The translations under genes were made by a program, and so were the position numbers. The notes under the pieces were generated by a model. The model saw only the letters and a list, made by a program, of their open reading frames with translations. It was not told where the DNA came from and ran no database searches. Shown one piece after another: positions 53,312-62,502 of a stretch of 64,000 nt of DNA. The first letter of the stretch is position 1, and the number at the start of each line of letters is the position of its first letter. Location: the NCBI GenBank assembly GCA_050946375.1, contig JBMNUT010000005.1, positions 7,522 to 71,521 of the forward strand, in the 5' to 3' direction. This stretch comes from Bacteroidaceae bacterium (lineage in GTDB: Bacteria > Bacteroidota > Bacteroidia > Bacteroidales > Bacteroidaceae).

Positions 53312-56227
53312 ATGAAAAAACTCTTTTCCCTGCTTTTCCTTTTCAGCCTGCTCGCCCTTTCCGGCCGGGCGCAGCAGAGCCTGAGCCTCGCCGGCGAGTG
53401 GGATTTCCGCATCGACCGCCAGGACTCCGGGCTGGTGCACCGCTGGTTTGAGGCGTGCGCCTACGACGACCGTATCGAACTGCCCGGCTCCATGCCGCAG
53501 CGCCTCAAGGGCGACCCGGTGACGGCGCAGACGGTATGGACGGCCAGCCTCTACGACAGTACCTATTACTACAGCCCCGCCATGGCCAAATACCGCGAGC
53601 CGGGCAACGTGAAGCTACCCTTCTTCCTCACCCCGCAGCGGCACTACGTGGGCGTGGCTTGGTACCGGCGCACGATTACCGTACCGCGCGACTGGAAGGG
53701 GAAGCACCTGACGCTCTTCCTCGAGCGGCCGCACATCGAGACAATGGTGTGGGTCAACGGCAAACCGGCCGGCATACAGAACTCGCTCTGCGCGCCCCAT
53801 CTCTACGAACTCACCCCGCTCCTCGAGGCAGGCCGCGAGAATACCATCACAATCCGTGTGGACAACCGCCTGAAAGAGGCCTACAACGTGGGGCAGGACT
53901 CCCACAGTGTGACCGACCAGACGCAAGGCAACTGGAACGGAATCGTAGGCCGCATGGAGCTGCGCTGCGAGCCGATTACGTGGATTCAGAGTGTCCAGGT
54001 CTATCCCGATGTGCAGCAGAAGAAAGCGCGCGTGCGCCTTTCCATCGGGATGAACAAGGAGCGCAAGCTGAAAGGCACGCTGCGCCTCGTGGCAACCAGC
54101 TTCAATACCGACGCGCCGGTGCAGACCCGGCAGATGGAAGTCAAGCTGCCCGGCAAGAAAAGTACGCAGATAACCAATCTGGAGCTGAGCCTCCCGATGG
54201 GCGACAGCGTGCTGCTCTGGGACGAATTCTCCCCGGCGCTGTACCGGCTGACCGTAAGTCTGGAGTCGTTCTGGGGCACGGATACGAAAGAAGTGGAGTT
54301 CGGGATGCGCGACTTCGCCATCGAAGGGCGCGACTTCTACGTCAACGGCCGGCCGACCATGCTGCGGGGCACGGTGGAAAACTGCGACTTCCCGCTGACG
54401 GGCTATGCCCCGATGGACCGCGAGTCCTGGATGCAAGTCTTCCGGAAGTGCAAGGAATACGGCCTGAACCACATGCGCTTCCACTCCTTCTGCCCGCCGG
54501 AAGCCGCCTTCGAGGCTGCCGACCGCGTCGGCTTCTACCTGCAGCCCGAGGCCGGAACGTGGCCGAATCACGGCGTAAAGCTCGGCTATAATCAACCCAT
54601 CGACCACTACCTGGCGTTCGAAGCCCTGCGCATCAGCGCCATCTACGGCAACCATGCCTCGTTTTGCCTCTTCGCCGTGGGCAACGAGCCCGCAGGCCGC
54701 TGGGTGGATGCCGTAGCCGACATCAACGAAGTGGTAAAGCAAATGGACCCGAGGCGCGTCTATACCGGCGCATCGGTGGGCGGCAGCTGGCAGTGGCAGC
54801 CGCGCAGCGATTACCATGTCAAGGCCGGGGCGCGCGGTTTGGACTGGGCCCGTCGCCAGCCTTCCTCCATGGATGACTTCCGGAGCCGCATCGATACCGT
54901 GCGGCAGCCCTACGTCTCCCACGAAATGGGGCAGTGGTGTGTCTTCCCGGACTTCTCCGAAATGAGCCAATACACCGGCGTGAACCAGCCGAAAAACTTT
55001 GAGATTTTCCGTGAAACCCTTGCCGAAAACCACCTGGAAGACCGTGCGCGCGACTTCCTGATGGCCTCGGGAAAACTCCAGATTCTCTGCTACAAGCACG
55101 AGCTGGAGCGTACGTTCCGCACGCCGCACTACGCCGGTTTCCAGATGTTGGCGCTCAACGATTACTCCGGTCAGGGCACGGCGCTGGTGGGCCCGCTCAA
55201 CGTATTTTTCCGCGAGAAGGGCTACGTCGACGCCGAAGAGTGGCGTCATTTCTGCGCGCCTACCGTATTGCTGGCACGCCTGCCTAAGTTCGTCTATACG
55301 ACGGCCGACACGCTTTCCGCCGCTTTCGAGGCCGCCCATTTCGGACAGGCTCCGCTGAAAGGCCGCGAACTGCACTACGAAGTGACCGACGAGGCCGGGC
55401 AAGTCCTGGCCGAGGGCAGCACGGGGACGTTCGACGTGCCGCTCGGGCACAACAATTCCCTGGGCACGCTTCGCCTGCCGCTGCAGGACTTTTCCGCGCC
55501 TGTGCGGCTGAATCTGAAGATTTCCCTCTCCGGCACGGACCTCAGCAACGACTGGAATTTCTGGGTTTACCCGGCCCAACTGCCCGAAGGTAGCCTGCAG
55601 GCGGGCGAGGACATCTACGTCGCCGACACGCTGGACGAGGCGGCACTCGGCGTTTTGAACAAGGGCGGCAAGGTACTCCTGCTGGCCGCCGGGAAAATAT
55701 CCTACGGCCGCGGCATCGAGCAGTACTTCACTCCCGTCTTCTGGAATACCTCCTGGTTCAAGATGCGCCCGCCGCATACGACCGGTTTGCTTATCGATAA
55801 CCGCCATCCGCTCTTCCGCCATTTCCCGACCGACTACCACAGCGACCTCCAGTGGTGGGAGCTGGCCAACCGGGCGCAGGTCATGTTGTTCTCCGAATTT
55901 CCGGCCGATTTCCAGCCCACGGTGCAGAGTATCGACACTTGGTTCCTGTCGCGCAAGATAGGGATGCTCTTCGAGGCGCGCGTCGGTGCGGGGCGGCTGC
56001 TGATGACGACGATGGATCTGGAGAGCGACCTGCAGCACCGCGTCGTAGCACGCCAGATGCTTGCCTCGATTCTCGACTACATGAAGAGCGACGACTTCCG
56101 CCCCCGCGACACGGTGGATGCTGCCCGCGTGGCCGAACTCTTTACGAAGCAGACGCCGGAGGTAAGCTCTTATACGAAAAGCTCCCCCGACGAGCTGCGG
56201 CCCGTGCAGAACAAGTCCGGGCGATAG
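53312..56227 (+). CDS. Glycoside hydrolase family 2-like protein
   Basis: ORF 53282 trimmed to the ATG at 53312 (MKKLFSLLFLFSLLALSGRAQQ signal). N-terminal sugar-binding jelly-roll (LSLAGEWDFRI...). TIM-barrel motifs GLNHMRFHSFCPP, LFAVGNEPAG (acid/base-like NE), VSHEMGQWCVFP (nucleophile-like E). Confidence 0.7.
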   Translation: MKKLFSLLFLFSLLALSGRAQQSLSLAGEWDFRIDRQDSGLVHRWFEACAYDDRIELPGSMPQRLKGDPVTAQTVWTASLYDSTYYYSPAMAKYREPGNVKLPFFLTPQRHYVGVAWYRRTITVPRDWKGKHLTLFLERPHIETMVWVNGKPAGIQNSLCAPHLYELTPLLEAGRENTITIRVDNRLKEAYNVGQDSHSVTDQTQGNWNGIVGRMELRCEPITWIQSVQVYPDVQQKKARVRLSIGMNKERKLKGTLRLVATSFNTDAPVQTRQMEVKLPGKKSTQITNLELSLPMGDSVLLWDEFSPALYRLTVSLESFWGTDTKEVEFGMRDFAIEGRDFYVNGRPTMLRGTVENCDFPLTGYAPMDRESWMQVFRKCKEYGLNHMRFHSFCPPEAAFEAADRVGFYLQPEAGTWPNHGVKLGYNQPIDHYLAFEALRISAIYGNHASFCLFAVGNEPAGRWVDAVADINEVVKQMDPRRVYTGASVGGSWQWQPRSDYHVKAGARGLDWARRQPSSMDDFRSRIDTVRQPYVSHEMGQWCVFPDFSEMSQYTGVNQPKNFEIFRETLAENHLEDRARDFLMASGKLQILCYKHELERTFRTPHYAGFQMLALNDYSGQGTALVGPLNVFFREKGYVDAEEWRHFCAPTVLLARLPKFVYTTADTLSAAFEAAHFGQAPLKGRELHYEVTDEAGQVLAEGSTGTFDVPLGHNNSLGTLRLPLQDFSAPVRLNLKISLSGTDLSNDWNFWVYPAQLPEGSLQAGEDIYVADTLDEAALGVLNKGGKVLLLAAGKISYGRGIEQYFTPVFWNTSWFKMRPPHTTGLLIDNRHPLFRHFPTDYHSDLQWWELANRAQVMLFSEFPADFQPTVQSIDTWFLSRKIGMLFEARVGAGRLLMTTMDLESDLQHRVVARQMLASILDYMKSDDFRPRDTVDAARVAELFTKQTPEVSSYTKSSPDELRPVQNKSGR

Positions 56228-56228
56228 C

Positions 56229-56408
56229 TCCGGCTTTTGCCGCAAACGCAGGGTGCTGCCGCTTTTTTCCTATGCCGCAAGGGGAGAAAAGCGGCAGTAC
56301 TTTATCGGAAAACAAGCAGTACTTTATCGGAAAAGCGGCGGCACTTTTGCGGGGAACTGCCGGCACTTTTGCAGAAAAGATGCGACACTCCGGCGGGCAT
56401 TTTGCGCC
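56229..56408. repeat. Array of ~8 units after the GH2 stop, including a 19/22-identical tandem pair
   Basis: AAAAGCGGCAGTACTTTATCGG (56287-56308) / AAAACAAGCAGTACTTTATCGG (56309-56330) / AAAAGCGGCGGCACTTTTGCGGGG / AACTGCCGGCACTTTTGCAG / AAAAGATGCGACACTCCGGCGGGCATTTTGCGCC. Confidence 0.75.
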
Positions 56409-56601
56409 CCTTGGCGGGGTAAGCTGCTATCTTCGGCTGTCAACTTGCGGCGCTCCTGAAGGAGAGTCTTGCCGGTATGGTTAAAAAGATAAAATAAACG
56501 AAAGATTTTTGGGTACACACTTGACGGAAAGAAATAGTTTTGTTATATTTAGCGCGTGAGAAATCTCTCAAATAGTTCCACTCTTTAAAAAATAATGCCT
56601 T

Positions 56602-56823
56602 ATGTCTAAACGAGAAGTTGATAGCAATGCCAAACGTATTTGGCAACTGTTGGGAGATAATTGTACGCGGAGCTACAAATATCTCAAGGAGAAAACCGGG
56701 CTCGACGACTTTGAAATGGGAATGGCCATAGGTTGGTTGATGGCATCGGACATGGTAGTTCAAGAGAAGTCGCGCGGCGATGATGTAATGCTTTCCGGCT
56801 GTGTAAACGTTTATATCGGGTGA
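56602..56823 (+). CDS. Small winged-helix DNA-binding-like protein (DUF2582-like)
   Basis: 73 aa. AKRIWQLLGDNCTRSYKYLKEKTGLDDFEMGMAIGWLMASDMVV looks like the small wHTH proteins of Bacteroidota/archaea. Has its own strong terminator (56872-56921). Confidence 0.55.
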   Translation: MSKREVDSNAKRIWQLLGDNCTRSYKYLKEKTGLDDFEMGMAIGWLMASDMVVQEKSRGDDVMLSGCVNVYIG

Positions 56824-56871
56824 ATTTATGAGGGAAGTAAATCAAACAGCTATTAGTATTGGAGGGCAGTA

Positions 56872-56921
56872 AGAACTTCTGCTTGGCTTGGGAATCGGAG
56901 CAAGGCAGAAGTTCTTTTTTT
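56872..56921 (+). terminator. Rho-independent terminator of the small wHTH gene
   Basis: AGAACTTCTGCTTG / CAAGGCAGAAGTTCT stem (one bulge) followed by a T7 run. Confidence 0.85.
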
Positions 56922-57045
56922 GTGCCTGTCCTTGGAGGCAGTATTGTGGGCAGAAAGGTAGGAAAATGCGGGAAAATTAGGGGAAACAGGCAGTCTTGGG
57001 CTGAAAAAGCGGCCTTATTTTAGTTTAAAAGCTGAAAATATAGTG

Positions 57046-57053
57046 TACTTTTG
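57046..57053 (+). promoter_or_regulatory. -7 box TACTTTTG for the LRR gene
   Basis: Exact TAnnTTTG match 85 nt before the ATG at 57139, downstream of the wHTH terminator. Confidence 0.4.
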
Positions 57054-57138
57054 TAGCGTACAAAGCCAGACTTTGTGCGCTGTCTTTTTATTCCGGGATT
57101 ATTAGTTTCTCTTACAAACAAGCAAAATATTATTGCCT

Positions 57139-60100
57139 ATGAAAAAGCGAATTTTTCTACTATTGTTGAGTGTCTTTGGACTAAGCCTTTGGACAGTCGC
57201 CCAATCGGTAACTGTCGGTGGGGTGGAATATGTGTACCACGAGTCTGAAGGCTATGCCGAGGCTACGAATTATGAGCGTGGCACGGTGAAAGAGTTGCAC
57301 ATCCCTGCGTCGGTGGTCTATAATGGTGTGGAGTATCCCGTGCAGGTTATCCAGTTTAACTGCAATGGCGACCCTGATTTGACGGAAGCATTGATTGAAG
57401 CGCCTGCTACCGAATTGGAGTGGGGCTTCTTCGCAGATTGCACGGCTTTGCAGAGGGTAGACCTGAGCGGCACGCTGCTCTCGGAAATCCCCGGGGAATT
57501 CTTCCGGGGTTGCAGCTCGCTTACGGAGGTAAGCCTGCCCGAAACGGCTGAAAGAATTGCCGAAAGTGCCTTTTCCGACTGCAGCTCTCTGGAAACATTT
57601 GAGGTTCCGGCAGGCGTAACCTCCATAGCCAATGGCGTTTTCAGTGGCTGTACGGCTCTGAAGGACCTTACCTTTGCCAACAGCACGGAAGAACTTGTTT
57701 TGGAAAACGATTTCTGTTCGTCGCTTACCGCACTGCATAATCTGTATATTGGCCGCAATGTGTCGGGAGTCAGCTATGGCAGCTTGTTTGCCGAGGCTGT
57801 GGAATTGCGGAATGTCACGATCGGTGGTCTCGCAATTGCCGTGCCGGCAGATGCTTTCAGCGGGGCTCCTAACCTGGAGGCGGTAGTGGTTGCGGATAAT
57901 GTGGAGACGATTGGTAATAATGCCTTTGCCAATTGTCCGAATTTGAAAAGCATATTGCTTCCCGAGCGCCTGCGGTCTATCGGGGATAATGCCTTCGAAA
58001 ACGACGGTCAGCTTGCAGATTTGCTCCTGCCCGCAGGGGTGACGCGACTTGGGGATAGGGCTTTCTACGGATGCGCCAGCCTCGAGGAAATGAGTGTGCC
58101 CGATGAAGTGAAGGTTTTGCCGGCCTATCTGTTTGCGAACTGCTCGGCCTTGCGGCGGATAGTGCTGCCCGACAGGCTGGAAGACATGGGTACTTCTACG
58201 TTTTCGGGTTGCACTTCGCTCAAAGATATCAATATCCCTTCGGGAATCCGGGTGCTTCCTGACTATGTTTTCGATGGGTGTATGGCGTTGGACACGCTCA
58301 TAATTCCGAATAACGTGCAGACCATCGGCAACCATGCCTTCGGTTCTTGCGGAAATCTGGCGCAGATTACGTTCGGCGCGCAGGTGGATACGATTCGCGA
58401 CGGCGCATTTGCTGACTGCGTGAAGCTGCAAAATCTGTATTACGACGGCACGATGGTTGACTGGTGCCACATCTATTTCGAGGTTCAGTCGTTCCAGGAA
58501 GATACGAACCCCTTGACTTATGCCCGGGCGTTGTACATGCCGGACGAAGAAACGGGTGAGTATTCCTTGATTGAGGACCTGGTTATTCCCGACGAGGTAG
58601 ACTCTATTCGCGGATTGGCCTTCTCCCGTTTCCGGGGAGCGAAGACCCTTTTCGTCTCCGACTCGGTGAAATACATAGGAACTGATGCGTTCAGCTCTTG
58701 TACCGCCTTGAGAAAGGCGAGAATCGGGGCCGAAACGATTGACGATTATGCCTTCTCCGGCTGTCTCTCGCTGGACTCTTTGACGATTGGCCCGCGGCTT
58801 CGCTCGGTGGGTGAATACGCTTTCTCCAGTTGCGACCGCCTCTTCGACGTGTTCTACGAGGGTGACTTGTCGGGTTGGTTCTTTATTTCGTTCGCAGCCG
58901 CCAACGCAAATCCGCTGAACGGCGCCGAACGCTTCTACGTGCAGGGCGACTTGATTGAAGAACTGACAGTGCCCCGCTACGTAATCCGCGTGCGCGATTA
59001 CTGTTTCTACGGCTATCGCGGGCTAAAGCTGGTGCGCGCTCACTCGGTGGTGGATGACATTGGCAAGTATGCCTTTGCGAACTGTCCGAATCTCACGGGT
59101 ATTTTGAAAATAAGTGCCTCCGATTTGGAGAAAAACACCCGGGCCTTTTCCGCCGAAGTGCCGGGACTTTCCATCGGGGAGGGTGCATTTGAAGGATGTT
59201 CGTTGCTGGCAACGATGGAACTTGGCGACAGGGTTACCCAAGTCGGCGCCTATGCGTTCGACGGTACGGCCTGGTACAACAACCAGCCGGACGGGCTGCT
59301 TTACATCGGAACGTGCGCCTATGAATATAAAGGTACCATGCCGGCCGGCACGGTGCTTACCCTGCGCGAAGGAACGACGCAGGTGTGCGATGGCGCTTTT
59401 GCCGAGACTTCGGCCGAAGGGCTGCTCACCGGCATCGTGTTGCCCCAGAGCTTGCGCGGCATAGGCAGCAGAGCTTTCTCCGGATGTACGGGACTTACGT
59501 CGATAAACATTCCCTCTGGCGTCACGACCATCGGCAGTTCGGCCTTCTCGGGCTGCAGCAATCTGACAGGCGTGCAGCTCCCCTCGTCGCTCGAGGTGCT
59601 GGAAGAAAACACTTTCGAGAACTGTTCGTCCATTTCCTCACTGACTATTCCCGCTTCGGTGAAGCGCTTCTGGCTTTATGCCATAAAGGGAATGACGGGA
59701 CTGAAGAGCCTCGTGCTGGAAGACTCGTCGGATACGCTGGCTTGCCTCTACCTTTATAGTGATTTCAGCGACCTTCCTATCGAATATACCTACATCGGTC
59801 GTGACTTAAATACCTATGTTGCTTATGGAGACGTGGTGACTCCCATGGAAAGCATGCCGCTTTTCCAGTATAAGGAGACGCTGAAAGAAGCCGTAATCGG
59901 GGCTGAAGTGACGGAAATCGACCCCTATCTTTTCATGGGTTGCAGCAATCTGACTGAAATCTCTTCCGTTTCGCCCGAGCCGCCCGTATGCCTCAAGTCG
60001 GAATACAGCGATGTTTACCGCAACTTCGACGGCGTGGATTACAACGCGTGTCTGCTCCGCGTGCCGGTAGGGGCTAAGGAGCGCTATGCGGCCGCAGGAG

Positions 60101-60285
60101 GATGGAGCGATTTCTTCAATATCGAGGAAGATGCGACGGTGGGCATTGAGCGCGTTGAGGCCGGCGATGCCGAGGTTTCGGCTACGCACTACGACGTGAG
60201 CGGCCGTCCGCTCAGTCAGGACGCCAAGGGTCTGCACATCATACGCTACTCCGACGGACGGGTTGAGAAGGTGATTGTTGAGTAA
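57139..60285 (+). CDS. BspA-type leucine-rich-repeat surface protein with T9SS C-terminal sorting domain
   Basis: Signal peptide MKKRIFLLLLSVFGLSLWTVAQS. More than 20 repeats of ~23 aa with the pattern IP.(S/G)V..IG..AF..C..L (e.g. INIPSGVTTIGSSAFSGCSNLTGVQLPSSLEVLEENTFENCSSISSLTIPASV). C-terminal VSATHYDVSGRPLSQDAKGLHIIRYSDGRVEKVIVE is a T9SS CTD. Confidence 0.85.
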   Translation: MKKRIFLLLLSVFGLSLWTVAQSVTVGGVEYVYHESEGYAEATNYERGTVKELHIPASVVYNGVEYPVQVIQFNCNGDPDLTEALIEAPATELEWGFFADCTALQRVDLSGTLLSEIPGEFFRGCSSLTEVSLPETAERIAESAFSDCSSLETFEVPAGVTSIANGVFSGCTALKDLTFANSTEELVLENDFCSSLTALHNLYIGRNVSGVSYGSLFAEAVELRNVTIGGLAIAVPADAFSGAPNLEAVVVADNVETIGNNAFANCPNLKSILLPERLRSIGDNAFENDGQLADLLLPAGVTRLGDRAFYGCASLEEMSVPDEVKVLPAYLFANCSALRRIVLPDRLEDMGTSTFSGCTSLKDINIPSGIRVLPDYVFDGCMALDTLIIPNNVQTIGNHAFGSCGNLAQITFGAQVDTIRDGAFADCVKLQNLYYDGTMVDWCHIYFEVQSFQEDTNPLTYARALYMPDEETGEYSLIEDLVIPDEVDSIRGLAFSRFRGAKTLFVSDSVKYIGTDAFSSCTALRKARIGAETIDDYAFSGCLSLDSLTIGPRLRSVGEYAFSSCDRLFDVFYEGDLSGWFFISFAAANANPLNGAERFYVQGDLIEELTVPRYVIRVRDYCFYGYRGLKLVRAHSVVDDIGKYAFANCPNLTGILKISASDLEKNTRAFSAEVPGLSIGEGAFEGCSLLATMELGDRVTQVGAYAFDGTAWYNNQPDGLLYIGTCAYEYKGTMPAGTVLTLREGTTQVCDGAFAETSAEGLLTGIVLPQSLRGIGSRAFSGCTGLTSINIPSGVTTIGSSAFSGCSNLTGVQLPSSLEVLEENTFENCSSISSLTIPASVKRFWLYAIKGMTGLKSLVLEDSSDTLACLYLYSDFSDLPIEYTYIGRDLNTYVAYGDVVTPMESMPLFQYKETLKEAVIGAEVTEIDPYLFMGCSNLTEISSVSPEPPVCLKSEYSDVYRNFDGVDYNACLLRVPVGAKERYAAAGGWSDFFNIEEDATVGIERVEAGDAEVSATHYDVSGRPLSQDAKGLHIIRYSDGRVEKVIVE

Positions 60286-60390
60286 CGCAGCCTTGCCTTC
60301 CGGAAAAAGTCCTTGGGCTTTTTCCGGAAAGTGCAGGGACTTTTCATACGAAGTGCCGCGTCTTTCTCCGGAAAGGCGCGGCACTTTTTT
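60286..60390. repeat. Five units between the convergent LRR and GT2 genes
   Basis: CGCAGCCTTGCCTTCCGG / AAAAAGTCCTTGGGCTTTTTCCGG / AAAGTGCAGGGACTTTTCATACG / AAGTGCCGCGTCTTTCTCCGG / AAAGGCGCGGCACTTTTTT. Contains a perfect TTTCCGGAAA at 60321-60330. Confidence 0.7.
60351..60390 (+). terminator. Rho-independent terminator of the LRR gene (built from repeat-family units)
   Basis: AAGTGCCGCG (60351-60360) / CGCGGCACTT (60377-60386) followed by TTTT, with a TCTCCGGAAAGG-containing loop. Confidence 0.8.
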
Positions 60391-60408
60391 AGGTTTCCGC
60401 AGGGCGGG

Positions 60409-61212
60409 TCAGTGGAAAATCCGGCGTAGAACGATGCGCAGGTGCGAGGCGATGGCGGCTCCGCGGCCATAGTGTTTGGCCATAATGCGGAAGCGCTCGC
60501 GCAGGGAGGCCCGGTGATTTTGCGTAGTGAGGCCTTCGTCGAGGTAATCGATGAGGGTGTCTCGCGTATAGTAGTTGTAGCGGCTGAAGGAAAGGAGCCG
60601 TATGCACCAGTCATAGTCGGCGGAGTATCGGTATTGAAGGTCGTAGTCTATCCATTGCCCCTCGGCTTTTTTCCGGAGGTTGCCCACCTTTCCTTCGCAG
60701 AGGGGGCGCGACGGCCAGAAGGCCTGGTGGCAGACGAGCATTCCCTGCAGGAAGCTGTGGCTGGTGAGCGTGTCGGGTGCCCGGTAGTGGCGTGGCCGCA
60801 GGTATTTCCCTGTGGCGTCCACGATGTTTGTCTGCCCGTAAAGCAGGTCGGGGCGGGGACTTTCTTCCATGACCTGGTCGGCCGCTTCGCGCAGGGTCTG
60901 CACCGAGTGAAACCGGTCGCCGGCGTTCAGGAAAATCAGGTAGTCGCCCGTGGCCTGATGGAGGCCCTTGTTCATGGCGTCATACAGGCCTTTGTCCGGC
61001 TCGCTCTGCAGCTTGACGCCTGCCGTGCAGTGCTCCCGCAGCTGAGGCTCCAGCTCTTGGGCCAGGGCGAAGGTGCGGTCTTTGGAGTTTCCGTCTATGA
61101 GGATGAATTCGATGTGCTGGTATTTCTGTGCGAGTATGCTCGCCAATGTGGCCGGGAGGGTGCGCTCGGCGTTGTAGGTTACGGTGATGATGCTGAAAAC
61201 TGGTGCGCTCAT
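60409..61212 (-). CDS. Glycosyltransferase family 2
   Basis: FSIITVTYNAERTLPATLASILAQ...ILIDGNSKD...FLNAGD (GT-A fold with DxD-like motif); 267 aa; 4-nt overlap with the upstream GT4 gene. Confidence 0.85.
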   Translation of the reverse strand: MSAPVFSIITVTYNAERTLPATLASILAQKYQHIEFILIDGNSKDRTFALAQELEPQLREHCTAGVKLQSEPDKGLYDAMNKGLHQATGDYLIFLNAGDRFHSVQTLREAADQVMEESPRPDLLYGQTNIVDATGKYLRPRHYRAPDTLTSHSFLQGMLVCHQAFWPSRPLCEGKVGNLRKKAEGQWIDYDLQYRYSADYDWCIRLLSFSRYNYYTRDTLIDYLDEGLTTQNHRASLRERFRIMAKHYGRGAAIASHLRIVLRRIFH

Positions 61213-62489
61213 AGTTTGGTTTGTGCTAATATATTCCGGTAGAGTTGCAGGTATTTTTCCCCAACGACGGCCGGATCGTAGCAGCGGGCCACCTTGTTTA
61301 TGGCCTCGCGGCTGAGTTCTTCGTAGTTTGGTGCGCCGAGCAGATAGGCCATGCCCTCGGCCAAGTCTTCTGCCGACTTGTATTTGGCGAGAAAGCCATT
61401 GCGCTTGTGGTCAATCATCTCGGGAATTCCGCCGATGCGGAAGCCCGCGCAGGGCAAACCGCAGGCCATTGCTTCCATAATGGTGTTCGGAAGGTTTTCT
61501 TCCAGCGAGGGTGTTACGAAAAGGTCTGCGGCGTTGTAGGCAAGGGCCATCTCCTTTCCGCTCTTCAGGTAGCCGAGCGGGTAGACGGGGAAGGGGATTT
61601 GTGCGTTTACCTGCTCGTCTCCCTGCCCGAAGATGGCTATTCCGAGCCGCCCGTCTGCTGTCCATTCCGGATGTTTGCCGGCCAGTATCCGGCAAGCGTC
61701 TATGAAGTAATCGATGCCCTTGCGCTTGTCGGTGAACTTGCATGCGCCGAAGAGGATGAATTTCTTGCCTTCCGGCAGGAGATTGCCCCAGTGTTTTCGC
61801 GCTTCGGCCTTGTCCATGGGGCGGAAGGCCTGCGGGTCGATGGGGTTGGGTATGGCGCAGATTTCCTTTCCCTTGAGCAGGGCGGACTGTTCGGCCTGCT
61901 TTTTGAGCCACTGGCTGCAGGTTACGAAGTGGAGCGGCGCGTCGGCATAGATGCGCGCCTTGTGTCGGAAGCAGCTGCGGGCCAGGTTGAGCAGGGGGCC
62001 GTGGTTCTTGAGAAACGGGCATGCGCGGCATTCCGTGTGATACTCGGTGCATTCCCGCGCGTGGTGGCAGATGGCTGTGCAGGGCCACATGTCGTGCATG
62101 GTCCAGACCACGGGCTTTCCGCTGCGGAAGATGCGCTCCAGGTCGCGGAGCGAGAGGAAGCCTTGGTTAATCCAGTGCAGGTGTATGAGGTCGGCCTCGC
62201 GGAACTCGGGGCGCGTAGTGATGTCGGTTCCGGCGTTGGCTATGTCGACGGCGAAGAGATTCTGCCGGCTGAATCGGTTAGAGGCCCAGATGACGAGCCG
62301 TTCCCACAGGAAGTTTCGGCGCAGCCGCCACGAGGGTTGCAGGCTGAGGACCGAGGGGTCGTCGGTCGAACGGTCGCGCACGAGCATGCGCGCCTCCACG
62401 CCTTTTTCCTGAAGGACGCGCATGATGCGCCCGGCTGCCACGGCGGCTCCGCCGGTAAGTTCGGAGGTATTGACGAAGAGTACTTTCAT
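61209..62489 (-). CDS. Glycosyltransferase family 4 (GT-B, GT1/GT4 type)
   Basis: ORF 61209..62531 trimmed to the ATG at 62489 (MKVLFVNTSELTGGAAVAA). EX7E-type motif VTPSLEENLPNTIMEAMACGLPC. Confidence 0.8.
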   Translation of the reverse strand: MKVLFVNTSELTGGAAVAAGRIMRVLQEKGVEARMLVRDRSTDDPSVLSLQPSWRLRRNFLWERLVIWASNRFSRQNLFAVDIANAGTDITTRPEFREADLIHLHWINQGFLSLRDLERIFRSGKPVVWTMHDMWPCTAICHHARECTEYHTECRACPFLKNHGPLLNLARSCFRHKARIYADAPLHFVTCSQWLKKQAEQSALLKGKEICAIPNPIDPQAFRPMDKAEARKHWGNLLPEGKKFILFGACKFTDKRKGIDYFIDACRILAGKHPEWTADGRLGIAIFGQGDEQVNAQIPFPVYPLGYLKSGKEMALAYNAADLFVTPSLEENLPNTIMEAMACGLPCAGFRIGGIPEMIDHKRNGFLAKYKSAEDLAEGMAYLLGAPNYEELSREAINKVARCYDPAVVGEKYLQLYRNILAQTKL

Positions 62490-62502
62490 GTTTCCTTTAA
62501 AT

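Noticed and set aside
53615-56245. An 876-aa antisense ORF and a 378-aa alternative-frame ORF (53455-54591) over the GH2-like gene.
   Set aside because: The sense frame carries a signal peptide and GH2 TIM-barrel motifs. The alternatives are Arg/Pro/Gly-rich low-information sequences.
56287-56330. The tandem 22-bp repeats (and the other arrays) considered as a possible CRISPR array.
   Set aside because: The units are contiguous with no unique spacers, they are degenerate rather than near-identical, arrays are short and scattered over more than 12 loci, and no cas genes are present.
56923-57138. An invertible (phase-variable) promoter upstream of the LRR adhesin.
   Set aside because: There is only a short local palindrome around the -7 box (CTTTTGTA / TACAAAG). 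There are no long flanking inverted repeats and no nearby site-specific recombinase.
56480-60400. The wHTH + LRR segment considered as a mobile genetic island.
   Set aside because: There is no integrase, transposase, tRNA attachment site or matching direct repeats. The flanking arrays belong to the window-wide repeat family rather than to att sites.
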